DNA from: a virus
Lineage: Duplodnaviria > Caudoviricetes
Length of the DNA: 62,417 bases
Reading direction: 5' to 3' (one strand)
Virus record (IMG/VR): IMGVR_UViG_3300022871_000020
Location: 1 to 62,417 of that record
The notes under the pieces are model-generated. The model worked only from the letters and a program-made list of their open reading frames with translations. It was not told the origin of the DNA and ran no database searches. Numbering within the stretch: position 1 is the first letter of the stretch; each line of letters begins with the position of its first letter. This document shows positions 9,179-20,081 of the stretch, one piece after another. Both the position numbers and the translations under genes were made by a program.

Positions 9179-10441
9179 TTAATCATTTTTATAACGCAAC
9201 ATAACAGTCTTTGCAAGATGATATAAATAATGTTCTCTTTGATTTTTTCTATAAAAAACATTAACGATATTTAATGGAGATAAAACAAAATTAGATTCAT
9301 TGTGTTCTTCTAAATTATATATTTCTCCAAATTGTGGAAAATCTGGTAAACAGTTTGACATTTCATAATATTGAAAACCCATGATTTTATCACTAACTAG
9401 TTGAATTGCATTATCAAATCTTGCTTGACCATTTCCTGGTTCATCAGGACAATATATTATTGTCGTTGCTGAACTTCCACCATATACTATTCCAACTACT
9501 CCTTGTTCGATTACGGATTTAATTTTACGTTCTTCAACCATTTTAAAATCCGTTGATATTGGTGTTAGTTTTTTATCAAGTGACGTAATTTTAGGTTCTT
9601 TTTCATGTGAATATTTAATTTCCTGATGTTTGAATATATACCTATTTCCTCGTTTACCTATCAAAGTTTGGTCTGTGTCTGAAAGATTTTTCATTAAAAT
9701 TTTATTACTAGTTACTTGTCGATCGAAATATTCAAACACATCGACTTTTTTAAATTTAGTTTTGTCAAATAAGTTAATATAGTAATTAGCTATTTCCATA
9801 TCGTCACTTTCCGATATTGCAAACGAATCGAAAAAATAATAACTAAATGTATTATTCACTTTGTAGTTGTTAATTAGATATGACGGCACATTTAAATCGT
9901 TTTTTGCTCGAGTTAATATTTCTTCATATATATATTCATTTTTCTGAACATCTGCCCCAATATGATTAAATTTAAAAATTTCTCCAAAATTAGTACTCAA
10001 GAACCCTTCAAACCCTCCTAATACATCTCCAGCTTTTTTATCAAATTGAATATTATTATATGTGTTATTGTTTCCAAGATAATATAAAGTTGGATGAACT
10101 AATACAAGCGTTGTAAACATTTTATCTTCTTGAAATCTAATCGCTCCTTCAGGAGTTACTTTAATACATAAAAACGTTTTAACAAAAACAACATTTGTAT
10201 TTCCTTTTGTTTTACCTTCATCTTTTGAGTATATTGTCATTGTAATGCTGGGAAATTTATTTCTATCTATATCACTTATCATTTGTCGCAAAACTGGTTG
10301 AGAAAAAAATAATTTAACTAAGCAAAATGAACTTTGCTTGAGTATAGGTGATCGTATAAATGCACAAAATGAGATATCAGAGTACGATATCCCGTTTATT
10401 GTTAGTAATATTTCAAAACTTAATTGTGATTGGGCTCCCAT
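9179..10441 (-). CDS. hypothetical protein, possibly tail/baseplate structural
   Basis: 420-aa beta-rich ORF; no motif recognised with confidence. Confidence 0.5.
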   Translation of the reverse strand: MGAQSQLSFEILLTINGISYSDISFCAFIRSPILKQSSFCLVKLFFSQPVLRQMISDIDRNKFPSITMTIYSKDEGKTKGNTNVVFVKTFLCIKVTPEGAIRFQEDKMFTTLVLVHPTLYYLGNNNTYNNIQFDKKAGDVLGGFEGFLSTNFGEIFKFNHIGADVQKNEYIYEEILTRAKNDLNVPSYLINNYKVNNTFSYYFFDSFAISESDDMEIANYYINLFDKTKFKKVDVFEYFDRQVTSNKILMKNLSDTDQTLIGKRGNRYIFKHQEIKYSHEKEPKITSLDKKLTPISTDFKMVEERKIKSVIEQGVVGIVYGGSSATTIIYCPDEPGNGQARFDNAIQLVSDKIMGFQYYEMSNCLPDFPQFGEIYNLEEHNESNFVLSPLNIVNVFYRKNQREHYLYHLAKTVMLRYKND

Positions 10442-10616
10442 AATATTTGTCTCGTATGTTTTGTCCTCGGAAGATTATCCCGAGGCCAATGGTTAATTAT
10501 TAAATCTTTTCGAACCTTTTTATCCCATCTTTGTATCCATAAAATTCAAGCATAGCTTTTTCCATTTTAACCCCGGAAAACTTCAACTTCTGAAATTCGC
10601 CGAGGCCAAAAATATA

Positions 10617-12380
10617 TTAAATTTGAATATTATATGATCTTACACTCTCTTTAAACCACTCAGGAAATAATTCATTATCGTATTGCATTAGTCTATTAAA
10701 GTTTCCGTCAAGAATAAAGGTTTCTGCCCAGTCTTTATCTGATCGAATTGATCTACCACATCCCTGAACTATTTTAATAATAGCCATTCTTGAATACCAT
10801 TTACTATTCATATTCATTTTAGTTTTAACCCATATATCACCAATGAATTGATATGGAACTTTCAAAAATATTTGAAATCTACTTAAATCATCAACTAAAT
10901 CAACTCCCTCAATTATTGACGGCGAAACAATAACATTTGCTTTACCTTCTGTAATGACTTTGTCTAAATTAAGCAAATCTTTCTTATTTGGGATTAGCAT
11001 GTTAGACGCATATTGGCTTGCTGCTAATATTCTTTCAGCATTGTCGTATGAAACTGTATGAATTATTCCGTTTATTTTCTTACCGTCGTTCTTTTCGTAC
11101 AAATATTTAAGTATTCGATCAATAGTAATAATAAACTTTGGCATCATTTCATCTTTATTCTTATATGTCAATTTACCAAGATTATTTACAACATGAACTG
11201 TTCTGTTCTCTACTGGGATTGTTGAACCTGTTTGTTTAAAATCATATTCAGGTATTCCTAATTCCTGACAAAACTGATTTACTCCACAAATTGATGCTGA
11301 CATAAATAAGCTTTTCTTAACTCTATCACCAATAAGTGATTTAAAATACTCATGAACTTCAAGTGGTTTAACTTCAATAGTTTTAGATTCTTCTCCATTC
11401 TTCTTTGTGAACTTTACTAAATTGTAAACCCATTGAGTAGTACTAGACAGAAACATGTCATATTTATCATAAATATCAGTAAGATTTTCTTTTACTCGAT
11501 TTAATTTACTAACATGAGTTTTATACTTTTTTATCCTTTTCAGTTTCATTATTAATATTTCAAGTTTTTTAATAATTGGATTAATTTCGTTATATGCTTC
11601 GTCAATATAATCAGAAATCAATGATAATACTTCTGGATTTTGGAATGATGCATTTTTAATATGTTTATTATTCGTTAACTTATTAACTTTCTGTATTAGA
11701 TTTTTAAAATCCACACATAATTCACCACCAGATTGTTTTGTAATTTGATATGCCATGAAAGCTAATTGATCTTCTGATAATGATAATGTTGCGTAATCAC
11801 AAAGAATCTTTTGAAGATTATGTGCTTCATCACAAACTAATATCTTAGGTTTTAATGCACAAGAATTCATAAAATAAGCATAATTTGTTACCCCAACTTG
11901 ACCAGACATAAATTTTTCTTTTTGTAATAGATATTCACAACGATACTCTTTTGCCGCTATACACTTTTTTGCACCCATACATAACGGACTACCAAAATGC
12001 ACATCAAATTCAATATTCTCCTTTGATGTTAATGGAAACTCTGCACACTCATAATTCTTTGCGCTCCAGATATGATTAAAGTCAGAACGGTTATTAAAAG
12101 ATTCAATATATTGTACTTGAAGTTGTCTGGTTGAAGATAGGATCAAAATAGGTGGTCCAGTTTCATTACTTTTAATATTTAAATTGTCATTTAATTTTGC
12201 AAGAGCTTTACCTACTGTAAAACATATAGCCGATTTACCCACACCGGTTGGACTTTCTAACACAAAGTGGTCAGTTATTTGATCGAAGGATTCAACAATA
12301 TCATGAATAATTTCTTCTTGATTAATTCTAAACTCTGGGAATGGGAAGGCATTTTGAATTGCTTGTTTGTATTTTGACAA
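10617..12380 (-). CDS. DinG/XPD-family SF2 helicase
   Basis: FRINQ (Q motif), ESPTGVGKS, Cys cluster, DEAH, MSAS, EGVD, KVPY, QGCGRSIRS. Confidence 0.9.
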   Translation of the reverse strand: MSKYKQAIQNAFPFPEFRINQEEIIHDIVESFDQITDHFVLESPTGVGKSAICFTVGKALAKLNDNLNIKSNETGPPILILSSTRQLQVQYIESFNNRSDFNHIWSAKNYECAEFPLTSKENIEFDVHFGSPLCMGAKKCIAAKEYRCEYLLQKEKFMSGQVGVTNYAYFMNSCALKPKILVCDEAHNLQKILCDYATLSLSEDQLAFMAYQITKQSGGELCVDFKNLIQKVNKLTNNKHIKNASFQNPEVLSLISDYIDEAYNEINPIIKKLEILIMKLKRIKKYKTHVSKLNRVKENLTDIYDKYDMFLSSTTQWVYNLVKFTKKNGEESKTIEVKPLEVHEYFKSLIGDRVKKSLFMSASICGVNQFCQELGIPEYDFKQTGSTIPVENRTVHVVNNLGKLTYKNKDEMMPKFIITIDRILKYLYEKNDGKKINGIIHTVSYDNAERILAASQYASNMLIPNKKDLLNLDKVITEGKANVIVSPSIIEGVDLVDDLSRFQIFLKVPYQFIGDIWVKTKMNMNSKWYSRMAIIKIVQGCGRSIRSDKDWAETFILDGNFNRLMQYDNELFPEWFKESVRSYNIQI

Positions 12381-12439
12381 GTAGTTGTTCTCCTTTTATT
12401 GTGAACGACTATATTTATATAATCGTTCACATGTAGTTG

Positions 12440-13612
12440 TTATTGAAACATGCCAAACTCATCAAGGTGAACTGTTGGTATTAGTGAAACAGTTTCCCCT
12501 GGCGACTGTGCTGATACACTAATTGGACACACCTTACCAAAATGACTCGGATGGACATGTTTCACTTCTGTTGGGGGCATTGACATATTTGGTGGGATAA
12601 AACTACACTTGTTGACTAATATTCCTGAATATAAATTCTTAGTATCATACAAATAATTTCCCGATAAACCAACACTCGAATTAGTCATATTTGTGTTTTT
12701 AGCTTTCAAGAAGTACTTAATAATAAACAACTGATCAACCTTCATTTCATTTTTATAGTTGCCTTTGGCCACTTCTGTACATAACCCAGATATTCTTGTT
12801 AAGAATGGTTGAAGGAGCATTTCAAGAAAAACTACTCTTTTATTATTCAAATCAGTAAACGCTTTAGGTTCACCTAGACTATTAATTAAAGTCTGACGAA
12901 TTACATCAACTAATGTGAATGGTGCTTCAAAGCCATAACATTTATGATACAATGCTCTTGAATAATCATCAAAAAATAGAGTATCTAATTTATCAATTAC
13001 TGCTTGTTGAGTTTTCTCTTTGACGGAGAAACGTTTGCTTATAACTTCTACAACATTTACCATCTCCTGCTTCGTGTGAGCAAGTTTGTACTTTTTCATA
13101 TATTTTTGATAAATTGGATCTTCAAAATCTACAAATAATTGTAAGAAAAATTCCAATGACATATGATTACGAACAAAGATTGCAATGTCATTCTCTGCAT
13201 AGAGAGTGATTGAATTAAACAAACTAAATATCTTACAACTTTGTTTTTTAATTGTAATCGGATAATCTATTGCATACATCATACATGTGTAGTAATTCGC
13301 GTTTAGATAAAAATGTTCGTGATCCATCAAAGTAGGAATAAAAAACTCTGTAAAATGATGAATTTCATCAGTTACGTTATTTTTAACATCAATCGATACT
13401 TTTGAATATGCAGAATTATTGACTCCCAGATAATTAATTCGTTTTGTTATTTTAATTTCGTGTACCGAGAGATAGTTGTTTCGTTGAGCTGAAAGAAAAT
13501 TAATTGCATTTGCACAGAATGATTCTATGAAATTGTATTGGTATTGTCTTATTGATATTGGATTAACGTATGAAAAAAAATCATTATTTTTTCTATATTT
13601 TAGTAGATTCAT
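12440..13612 (-). CDS. rpoB: RNA polymerase beta subunit, N-terminal piece
   Basis: FFIPTLMDHEHFYLNA (cf. IPLMT..GTFIING) and VHPSHFGKVCPISVSAQSPG (cf. HPSHYGRICPIETPEG). Confidence 0.8.
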   Translation of the reverse strand: MNLLKYRKNNDFFSYVNPISIRQYQYNFIESFCANAINFLSAQRNNYLSVHEIKITKRINYLGVNNSAYSKVSIDVKNNVTDEIHHFTEFFIPTLMDHEHFYLNANYYTCMMYAIDYPITIKKQSCKIFSLFNSITLYAENDIAIFVRNHMSLEFFLQLFVDFEDPIYQKYMKKYKLAHTKQEMVNVVEVISKRFSVKEKTQQAVIDKLDTLFFDDYSRALYHKCYGFEAPFTLVDVIRQTLINSLGEPKAFTDLNNKRVVFLEMLLQPFLTRISGLCTEVAKGNYKNEMKVDQLFIIKYFLKAKNTNMTNSSVGLSGNYLYDTKNLYSGILVNKCSFIPPNMSMPPTEVKHVHPSHFGKVCPISVSAQSPGETVSLIPTVHLDEFGMFQ

Positions 13613-14385
13613 ATATTATTCCTTTTGGATGAATATTTATGTTTATAATTACGTATTTTTGACATAGTATGGATAGTTAAGTTATGTTTTTTAGCTAGAT
13701 CAACATTAGTTATACTAGTAGTTAAAATTTCATATTCTATATATTTAACTAAATATTCAGTCATATATCCATTCAATGTATCTGTTATATGATTCCATTG
13801 TTCTTCATTAAATATATTAGTAACATGACCCCAATTTTGTTTTGTTAAAATATTTTTAATAATTCGAAGTGTAAATTTATTATTATAATCTATAATATCT
13901 TGTTTTGTTTGAAGTTTATTTAATAATACTAAGTTTAAACATTCTATAATTTCATTTTCTTTAAACTTAGTATTGACATTATCTGAACCTAAACTAATTC
14001 TACTTCTTTTTTTATCTACCATGTCATTCATATTTCTTAAATGTGTACCACTAAATAAGTGTAATGGATTTTGACAAGACGGGTTATCATGGGAATGACA
14101 AACACATTCATTATCACAAAGTGGACCATTATATAATTCATAAACATATCTATGGGATTTTGTACTTGTATTGTCATGATAAAAAGTGCCATATCCATCT
14201 TTATCTCTGTACTTTTTCCATTCCCAACAAACATTGTAATTTATTGACCCATCAGTATTTAAGGGGACATGTACTTTTTTCCAAAATCGACGTAGTTCAT
14301 ATTCTGATAAATTATTTCGGTTCCATGAATCTAACAATTCGTTACTTAATAAATTTGTTTTATTTAATAATTTTTCATCCAACAT
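13609..14385 (-). CDS. free-standing HNH homing endonuclease
   Basis: CWEW..RDKDGYG, SHRYVY, VCHSHDNPSCQNPLHL..GTH..NM.D; RBS-supported start at MLDEK (14385). Confidence 0.9.
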   Translation of the reverse strand: MLDEKLLNKTNLLSNELLDSWNRNNLSEYELRRFWKKVHVPLNTDGSINYNVCWEWKKYRDKDGYGTFYHDNTSTKSHRYVYELYNGPLCDNECVCHSHDNPSCQNPLHLFSGTHLRNMNDMVDKKRSRISLGSDNVNTKFKENEIIECLNLVLLNKLQTKQDIIDYNNKFTLRIIKNILTKQNWGHVTNIFNEEQWNHITDTLNGYMTEYLVKYIEYEILTTSITNVDLAKKHNLTIHTMSKIRNYKHKYSSKRNNI

Positions 14386-14506
14386 AATTGTTCTCCTATA
14401 AGAAAAATATGAAGCATTAAGAGTTAGAAAAAAATGTATAGGCATTTCATTTCAAAGAAGCTATCTTTAGTCCTCTTAATACTTCACAGTTAATATTATT
14501 AACGAA

Positions 14507-17342
14507 TTAATCGTTAATAAATTTAATTAATGTATCTACAACTTTTTTAGTTTCTCCATCATGACTAACTGAAGTATCCATATGATACTCCCCGTCTGTT
14601 ATGATATCTTTCAACATTTTCTTTTTAGCATCTGCACAATCAGATTTAACAGTCAATAATTCGTGGAGGGACTTCATAGTTCCATGAGCTATAATTCCTT
14701 CGCTTTAATATTCGAAAAAGATCGCGACTCATTTTCCGGGAAATCGTTCACCCTGCTGCATGTTATCCATGCAGAGTAGACTATATCTTTATCCTATAAG
14801 TTATAGGATACTCTCTGTTTCCCTGGCTCGCATTTCCAGGTACTCCCTTACGGGATAGTCGTTACACCTTCAATATATGTCGTTAAAACATATAGAGCTT
14901 GGCTCGGTATTGACCTCAGCATTATCTGTTAGGAAGTCCACCGAGTTAAAAGAGTTTTTTATACACATATTACTATGTGTAGGAGACCGATTCGGTTAAT
15001 CTCCATCTGACCCAAACGTTTTCCTCCGTCGTTCGATTTACCACGCAAAGGTTGCTTCGTTATAAAACGACATTTACCAAGGTCACGAGCAGCAACAATT
15101 TCAGAAACCATCTTATAGAGTTTAAAAGTGTAAATTGGTACCACAAACTTATTCTTAATAATAACATCATTATTGATTGTAAATGGTAATTCAAACTTTA
15201 ACTTATCTTTCATATAATTTAAAGTCTCTTTTTTAATCTTAATATGTTCAACATGTGATCGGTTTTGTTTGATTAATTTTTTAATATTTAATACACTGAA
15301 GCTTGGTGCTTCAATGAAAAATCCATTAGTCTTAACATCTTTAATAAATTCTTTAACAACTTGAGGATCTTCATTCATTCGAGAAATTAAATTACTAACA
15401 TCTGTATAATAATCAGTAGTATTTAGATTACTAATTATATTTTCGTTAATTTTAGTCAACTCAGAAATACAACAGTTTGGGTCGTTTAACATTTGTTCTT
15501 CACTTAGCATTACTTCTTTTGAAACCACTCCTTCAATCAACTGACTGATGTTCATTCTGCTGTAACAGCCAAAGGAATTGAATATACAATCAATAGGTCG
15601 ATTGCAACTCATAGCAATTGGTCTTAACTCATCTGGTAATGGATCACTTGCTATTCCTTTTCCTGCATACGCTTGTGTTACGAAGAGATTCGTTATTTCT
15701 CTCCTTCTATACATTTCTATATAGGCCAGACTATATCACGATCCAATCAAATTGGACCCGCCCCGTTTCCACTCCACTAAGAGTGTACTCTACTTTCTTC
15801 CATCTATTATAAAATAATAAATGTGATTTCGATAGTCGTTGCACCTTCAATAATAATATTTAATATATTATTAAAGCTTGGCTCAGGATTATCTTCAGCA
15901 TTATCTGTTTAGAGTTTCCCTGATAAAGAGGCGTTATTCGATTAAAATTACTTTTAAAAGTCGCTATTTTACAAACGATTTGCAAACTTATCTCCCTTTT
16001 GACTACCACTCTCACGAGTAATTTCTAGTTCGATTAAATATTTAGCATTTTTAAGCATACTAGCATTCGCAGAAATAGTATCTGGAATATACATCATATA
16101 ATTTTTAATTATTTGTTTTGCATAATCGCGATTAATCTTATATTGTAAATCATTAAACGGAGCAATAATACTTTCATCTGTTTGCATATTGACAAGTTTA
16201 TCTAGACACTTTTGAAGTTTTCCATCTATTAATTGAGGAACTTCTTTCTTATAGAGTTTATGAACACTTATTCCGGTAACTTTACCACCTTTAATTTTTG
16301 AAGTAATACCATCAACTTTAATCGCTTGAGTGCTCTCGTTATTCAAATTCAATAAATCTGAAAGTGTTAGTGAATTATAAAAACGAGTCATCTTAGTTTT
16401 AATAGTTGAAAGTGATTCAAATGCTCGCATTGAACTTGGTTTAAGTACAGAACAAACAACATTACCATGTATTTTTTGTCCAACATTTGGAAAGTATTTT
16501 AATGATCCTTCTACATCATTATATGAAGGCAACAAAATAGTATATTCAAATACAGGAATATACACTTTCTCACTTAATCTAACTTTGGCTCTTTCTAAAA
16601 AACTTTCACTCAATAGTAGAGAATCTTCGTGGTTAACCTTTATGTTCGAGATAAATCGCTACGGTTCTCCCCGGAATAAATCCCGCTGTATATTTCTATA
16701 CAGAGCAGACTATATCATCATCGACATTAATCGATGTTTTGTGCTTCCACTCACTTGAGTGTACTCCCCAAAGGGATAGTCGTTGCACCTTCCTCTCTAG
16801 CACAAGAGGCTTGGCTCAGGATTACCATTTAGACTTAGGCTTCCCCTGAATTCACAAAATTTGCATTTATTATTACTAATAAATGGGGCTTAATATTTTA
16901 ACCCAAAACCATTTATATAAGCTGTTAGTGTATTATAACCAAATGCTGGAATACCATTCTTAAAATTATCATAACTATATATAATATCACCCTTTTTAAA
17001 AGGTTGATCTTTCGATAGCATATAAGTTAATTTAGAACAATAATATCCTGTAGTCTTCTGATACAGGGGAATCTTATACTCTTTAAGTTCGTTTAAATTA
17101 GTGTAAAAAATAATAATTAGTTCATTGCTATTAAATACAACATAGCCATCATCTTTTGCAATACATAACCCAAGAAAGCTTGTTTCAGATAAATTACGAT
17201 ATTCATTTGAAATAACATAAGGTATTTGACAATTTTCATGAGTTATTGCTTGTGCTGCTTGTTTGGATGCCATTTGAGCTCTAGTTGAATCACAAGCCCC
17301 TAAAAATGGTAATGTACTAAGATTAACACTGGTTATTTGCAT
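14507..17342 (-). CDS. rpoB: RNA polymerase beta subunit, C-terminal piece; exons 17342-16901, 16636-15975, 15669-14999, 14702-14507 (656 aa spliced)
   Basis: LPFLGACDSTRAQMASKQ. Splicing restores GF/NHEDS, GDKFANR/YAGKG and GQMEI/EGIIAHG..ELLTVKSD; all exons stay in frame. Confidence 0.9.
14703..14998 (-). ncRNA. group I intron in betaC (GEME motif)
   Basis: 5' exon ends in U and pairs with IGS (GGAGAU/GUCUCC); ACGACUA..GAUAUAGUC P7; terminal G. Confidence 0.9.
15670..15974 (-). ncRNA. group I intron in betaC (GDK..R/..GKG motif)
   Basis: UCGU/GCGA P1 with U-G pair; AAUCCUGAGCCAAG; ACGACUA..GAUAUAGUC; terminal G. Confidence 0.9.
16637..16900 (-). ncRNA. group I intron in betaC (GxNxEDS motif)
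   Basis: GGGU/GCCC P1; AAUCCUGAGCCAAG; ACGACUA..GAUAUAGUC; terminal G. Confidence 0.9.
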
Positions 17343-17472
17343 AAACTCTCCTTGTTAAGTGTGTTCTTAAATCAAATATAAAAATAAAATAGTATATATT
17401 TATGTTATTTATATATCAAATCAAAGAAAACAATCACACGATCAATTTAATGATCGTGTGATTTTTATATAT

Positions 17473-17922
17473 TTATTCTGTTGATGTCATTTGTTTCTCG
17501 TTGTCTTTAATTAAATTGTTGAGTAATATTAAATGACTATATAGTTTTAAATCCTCCTCGTAGGAATGTGTCCAATATGTTGACAATTCTTCATGTTTTT
17601 TAGGTGGTGATTTTATAAATTTAGCATGACTAACTGAAATAACATTAATATTATCTAAATGGTCTTGTCCAGCTTTTGCAAGTTTAAAAAACGCATCCGG
17701 ATCAATACACTCAAATACTCTACGTCCCCAAAAATGTAATTGAAACCCCCACAATTCATCAAGTACCCACTTAGCAATAACGTGAGCAGTTTTTCCGTTA
17801 CCATCTTCGTTAGTAATGTGAGCAGTTTGGTCGTTTTGTTTTTTAATATTATCCATATCTAAATAGAATGGACATGTTCTAACTGTAAGATTGCCAATTC
17901 GACGACTAAAATGTTCAATCAT
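17473..17922 (-). CDS. hypothetical protein
   Basis: 149-aa ORF followed by a strong hairpin (17433-17462). Confidence 0.6.
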   Translation of the reverse strand: MIEHFSRRIGNLTVRTCPFYLDMDNIKKQNDQTAHITNEDGNGKTAHVIAKWVLDELWGFQLHFWGRRVFECIDPDAFFKLAKAGQDHLDNINVISVSHAKFIKSPPKKHEELSTYWTHSYEEDLKLYSHLILLNNLIKDNEKQMTSTE

Positions 17923-17933
17923 AAAAATCTTCT

Positions 17934-18377
17934 TTAAGTTAATTGATTAACTAATTCTGTTAAGTCTTCTAGTTGTTTACTTGAAAGATCTGATTTTGTG
18001 TCTTCTAAATGTTTAGTTATATTATTTATGCCAATTAACATCTTATCTTTTTCTTTATTTAATTTCAATATACTTGTTGTTATAATTTCAGGTATAATAT
18101 GCTGTTTATTATCAATTTTAAATTTATGATAATGAAGTTCTCCTAACACTCGAACATAATCTCCTTTTACTATATTATTTCTAGTATATTCAGCATTTTG
18201 TTTCCAAGCTTTAACTAAATGTTTTTCAGTTGATTGGATAAATTTTTTCTGCTTATTGCTATAATAAGATTTGTTAGTAAATAAGAAAAATTTAACACTA
18301 ACTACATTATCATTTAAATCTTCAGGTTCACTTCCTACATGTCCAATTAGTGAAATCATATTTTCGCAAGAACTCAT
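17934..18377 (-). CDS. ssb: single-stranded DNA-binding protein (OB fold, no acidic tail)
   Basis: ISLIGHVGSEPE, TEKHLVKAW..AE....KGDYVRVLGEL. Confidence 0.8.
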   Translation of the reverse strand: MSSCENMISLIGHVGSEPEDLNDNVVSVKFFLFTNKSYYSNKQKKFIQSTEKHLVKAWKQNAEYTRNNIVKGDYVRVLGELHYHKFKIDNKQHIIPEIITTSILKLNKEKDKMLIGINNITKHLEDTKSDLSSKQLEDLTELVNQLT

Positions 18378-18397
18378 GTAGTATCCTTTTTTTTGTT

Positions 18398-19072
18398 TTA
18401 CTGAGTTATAAGTGTCATTGGATTAACATATGGTATATATTTATTCAGTCTTGATATTTTTGAACATGAATAAATTTTAGTATCATGTTTTTCAGTCAAT
18501 TCCCCAATTATTTTGCCAATATTTGTATAATGATTACTAATATTAGCATTTGTTAATGGTATTGATTTAGATTTACTTTTATATTCGTTATGAAAGTTTT
18601 TATTATTTTCTTTATCTAAACACATATCAAAACCGAATAAATATATCTTTTTTAGTCCAATATAATTTGCAAACGATAAAGCTGCTGACCCTGTATTGTT
18701 GCATTTATTTTTCCCGTCGATTAATGGATAAAATACACCCTTCCTTTGTATCCTAACAATGTCAGAACTTAATGGTCTTTTTAATTTACCACCATATTCT
18801 TTTTCTAACTGAGTTAATTTAATAGTACATTTCAATTCATCAATATCTTTATAAAATGTATGCCAGAAATAACGATCCATAAATAATAAATAATCAGTAT
18901 CGACAATAGTATATGACATATTTGTACCGATAGTTGTATATAACTTATTTAATTCACTAAATTGAAATTTTGAATCAATTAGTTGTTTAATCGATGGTCC
19001 TCCACCAATTATTATTCCTGTTTTGTCTTTATGTTTATCTTTAAAATTGAACAATCTAGGTTGTTGTTTCAC
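18398..19072 (-). CDS. DUF115/Maf/MptE-like Rossmann transferase
   Basis: FKDKHKDKTGIIIGGGPS, DYLLFMD, NTGSAALSFA..IGLKKIYLFGFD. Confidence 0.7.
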   Translation of the reverse strand: MKQQPRLFNFKDKHKDKTGIIIGGGPSIKQLIDSKFQFSELNKLYTTIGTNMSYTIVDTDYLLFMDRYFWHTFYKDIDELKCTIKLTQLEKEYGGKLKRPLSSDIVRIQRKGVFYPLIDGKNKCNNTGSAALSFANYIGLKKIYLFGFDMCLDKENNKNFHNEYKSKSKSIPLTNANISNHYTNIGKIIGELTEKHDTKIYSCSKISRLNKYIPYVNPMTLITQ

Positions 19073-19449
19073 TTTTGGCCTCGGACAATTCTTGATTTAA
19101 AATACTGTTCTTGAAATTGAGTAAACTCTCGTATTTCAGTATCCGAATAGTTTTGTCCAGGTTTGACAACAATTAATTTGTCATCATCATCATCTAATCG
19201 ATGTATTATTGCAATACATGACCCTGTGAATTTCTTGACTGGTGTACTAACGCCTAATACATATGCATCTAATTCTTCGCCATCGGGAGCTTTTGTGTTA
19301 GGTATATATCCATAGTTAACAGGATATGTATATCCATGTTTAGGATGTTTAGTACCTAACATTCTGTCCATCACTACAGATACTTCAGTATTGAGATATT
19401 GTTTTGAATAACTCATGTTCTTATTTTCAAATATAGGATTACTAATCAT
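19069..19449 (-). CDS. ppa: inorganic pyrophosphatase (family I, short)
   Basis: YPVNYGYIPNT..PDGEELDAYVL, DDDDKL. Confidence 0.9.
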   Translation of the reverse strand: MISNPIFENKNMSYSKQYLNTEVSVVMDRMLGTKHPKHGYTYPVNYGYIPNTKAPDGEELDAYVLGVSTPVKKFTGSCIAIIHRLDDDDDKLIVVKPGQNYSDTEIREFTQFQEQYFKSRIVRGQK

Positions 19450-19457
19450 TTAATTAA

Positions 19458-19829
19458 TTACTCCTGTTTAAATTCAGCGATTTTGTGAGTAGTCAAGAAT
19501 TTAGTATTAATATAACCAACAGTCCAGATCATTTTTTGTTCATCAGTTAATTTACTATATGGAACACACCATGGATCAAGTTGTCTTTTGAAATCTCTAT
19601 GTTCTCCATATTTCCAACCGTCATTTTGTATTTTTTCTAAGAAATATTCATGAACATCAGGAGATTGTGCATCAGGGTTATTAACAATATAATTGAAGTT
19701 GTCGACTAAATTATTAAAACAATGAATGTCTAAATCTTTAAATTCTCGAAGTTCTGAACTGTATTTTCCCATTTTTTGAGCTTGAATTAAGTCGTATATT
19801 TTTCTGATATTGAAATATCTGTCTTTCAT
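19458..19829 (-). CDS. RyR-domain protein
   Basis: HE....K..DGWKYGE.RD....DP..VPYSKL..EQK. Confidence 0.7.
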   Translation of the reverse strand: MKDRYFNIRKIYDLIQAQKMGKYSSELREFKDLDIHCFNNLVDNFNYIVNNPDAQSPDVHEYFLEKIQNDGWKYGEHRDFKRQLDPWCVPYSKLTDEQKMIWTVGYINTKFLTTHKIAEFKQE

Positions 19830-20081
19830 AAAAAATTCTCCTTATTAATATTATTGATTTTTTCCAAGTATAAATCCAAATCCAAATGGAAAAACGAAAA
19901 AACTTAACATACCTTTGAATATTGTCCAATATTCTGTAGAATCAAAATTAATTGATTGACACATAATGAACATAATCACACAACCGTATATAATACTTAT
20001 GCTTATAAGAACATTTTTCAAAAAACACCACCTTTTTGACCTCAGCAAGACTCGAAAATCCGCCGAGGCCAAAAATGTTAA

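Noticed and set aside
19851-20072. N-terminus of the 73-aa ORF (MASADFR..)
   Set aside because: The start falls inside the GCCGAGGCC hairpin; only the hydrophobic 3' part is likely coding
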